The notes beneath the pieces were generated by a model. The model made no database searches. It was not told the origin of the DNA and worked only from the letters and a program-made list of their open reading frames with translations. 64,000 bases of DNA, taken from IMG/VR virus record IMGVR_UViG_3300010352_001405, positions 32,001 through 96,000 of that record; one strand, given 5' to 3'. This document shows, piece after piece, positions 63,209 to 64,000 of this stretch. A program made the position numbers and the translations under genes. The stretch comes from a virus. Its lineage: Duplodnaviria > Caudoviricetes. Every line of letters starts with the position of its first letter. Positions within the stretch are counted from its first letter, which is position 1.

Positions 63209-63777
63209 TAATTTTCACTCCAATCTTCTTCGCCATATGGATCCATTTCACTGTATACTCTTTTAATTTCTTTCTTTTTTGAAATTGATGAACAATCTTG
63301 TCCAACAGATCCTCGTATACCGTAATTACCGTGTATTCCACTTGTACCGTCAGATCCTCGTATACCGTAATTACCGTGTATTCCACTTGTACCGTAATTA
63401 CCATGAAAACCATAATATGATTCTTTACCTAATTGTTCAGCTATATATTCTGAATATTGTATAGATTTATCTAATTTCTCAGCTATATATTCTGAAAAAT
63501 TAATAGATTCGTTCAATGTATTTGCAATATAATTTGCATATTGAATAGAGTTATTTAATTTTTTTTTAACATCATCATCATTTTTAAATCCATATGTTAA
63601 ACCAGAATATTTAACATCATATAATGGACTAACACCTAATTTTTTATTTGGTGTAACACTTAATGTTTTAGACCGATAAACTTTTTGTTTTATTATTGGA
63701 GATTCTTCCAATAATCTTTGTTTTTCTAATTTTTTTTGATATCTTTTATTAAAAAAATTCACTATAAAATTAACCAT
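63208..63777 (-). CDS. Protein with SEYIAE repeats, a Gly-X-Y stretch and C-terminal DPYGEEDW tag
   Basis: SIQYANYIAN, SINFSEYIAE, SIQYSEYIAE; 13 Gly-X-Y triplets. Confidence 0.75.
   Translation of the reverse strand: MVNFIVNFFNKRYQKKLEKQRLLEESPIIKQKVYRSKTLSVTPNKKLGVSPLYDVKYSGLTYGFKNDDDVKKKLNNSIQYANYIANTLNESINFSEYIAEKLDKSIQYSEYIAEQLGKESYYGFHGNYGTSGIHGNYGIRGSDGTSGIHGNYGIRGSVGQDCSSISKKKEIKRVYSEMDPYGEEDWSEN
63306..63395. repeat. Perfect 45-bp tandem duplication
   Basis: cagatcctcgtataccgtaattaccgtgtattccacttgtaccgt twice. Confidence 0.9.
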
Positions 63778-64000
63778 TTTTAAATCCGTGATTATTTTTT
63801 GCTTTATCTATAATGGATATTATTATAGGTAAAGTATAGAAATATAATTGTTTAGCATCCATCATGTCCACATTTGGATGTTTATCCATGTAATCTATAC
63901 ATTCATCGATATAATCAGAACAAAACTGATCATATGTATATTGATAATTTATATTATAATTAGATAATGCTAGATTAATTAATGAAATCGATTCTTTAAA
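63770..64000 (-). CDS. 3' part of a gene entering from beyond the window
   Basis: 77 open codons FKESISLIN...HGFKNG*, overlapping the next start. Confidence 0.55.
   Translation of the reverse strand, partial: FKESISLINLALSNYNINYQYTYDQFCSDYIDECIDYMDKHPNVDMMDAKQLYFYTLPIIISIIDKAKNNHGFKNG

Overview
AT-rich (roughly 25% GC by eye), densely coded 64-kb segment of a T4-related jumbo dsDNA phage in the standard genetic code. The host is probably a Bacteroidota bacterium, judged from TAnnTTTG promoter elements, AT-rich leaders without Shine-Dalgarno sequences and Bacteroidota-style envelope genes. Replication and repair genes: fused type IIA topoisomerase, gp46/SbcC, clamp loader, UvsX, gp41/DnaB helicase, gp32 SSB and class II RNR. 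Virion genes: baseplate/tail cluster and the N-half of the terminase. Host-like genes: ribosomal S1, GroES/GroEL, NadE, an M28-like peptidase, a tubulin-tyrosine-ligase-like ATP-grasp enzyme, a beta-barrel and an OmpA/ABC-transporter operon. There are six free-standing endonucleases plus one inside an intein. Three observations stand out. (1) Three P-loop NTPase genes (an ABC ATPase, DnaB and TerL) are each broken just after the Walker A lysine by an atypically split intein with a short IntN, and a related Vsr-like endonuclease gene follows each N-half; the ABC and DnaB C-halves (long IntC) come next, but the TerL C-half is not in the window. (2) An acidic peptide tag, DPY[G/D]EE[N/D/E]W, occurs 10 times in 9 otherwise unrelated small proteins; most of these also carry an N-terminal leader resembling the T4 capsid-targeting sequence, and many of their transcription units follow a TTTTAATATATA motif. 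(3) A phage TTL-family ligase is present and could, speculatively, act on such acidic tails. All calls come from motif reading; no database searches were run.
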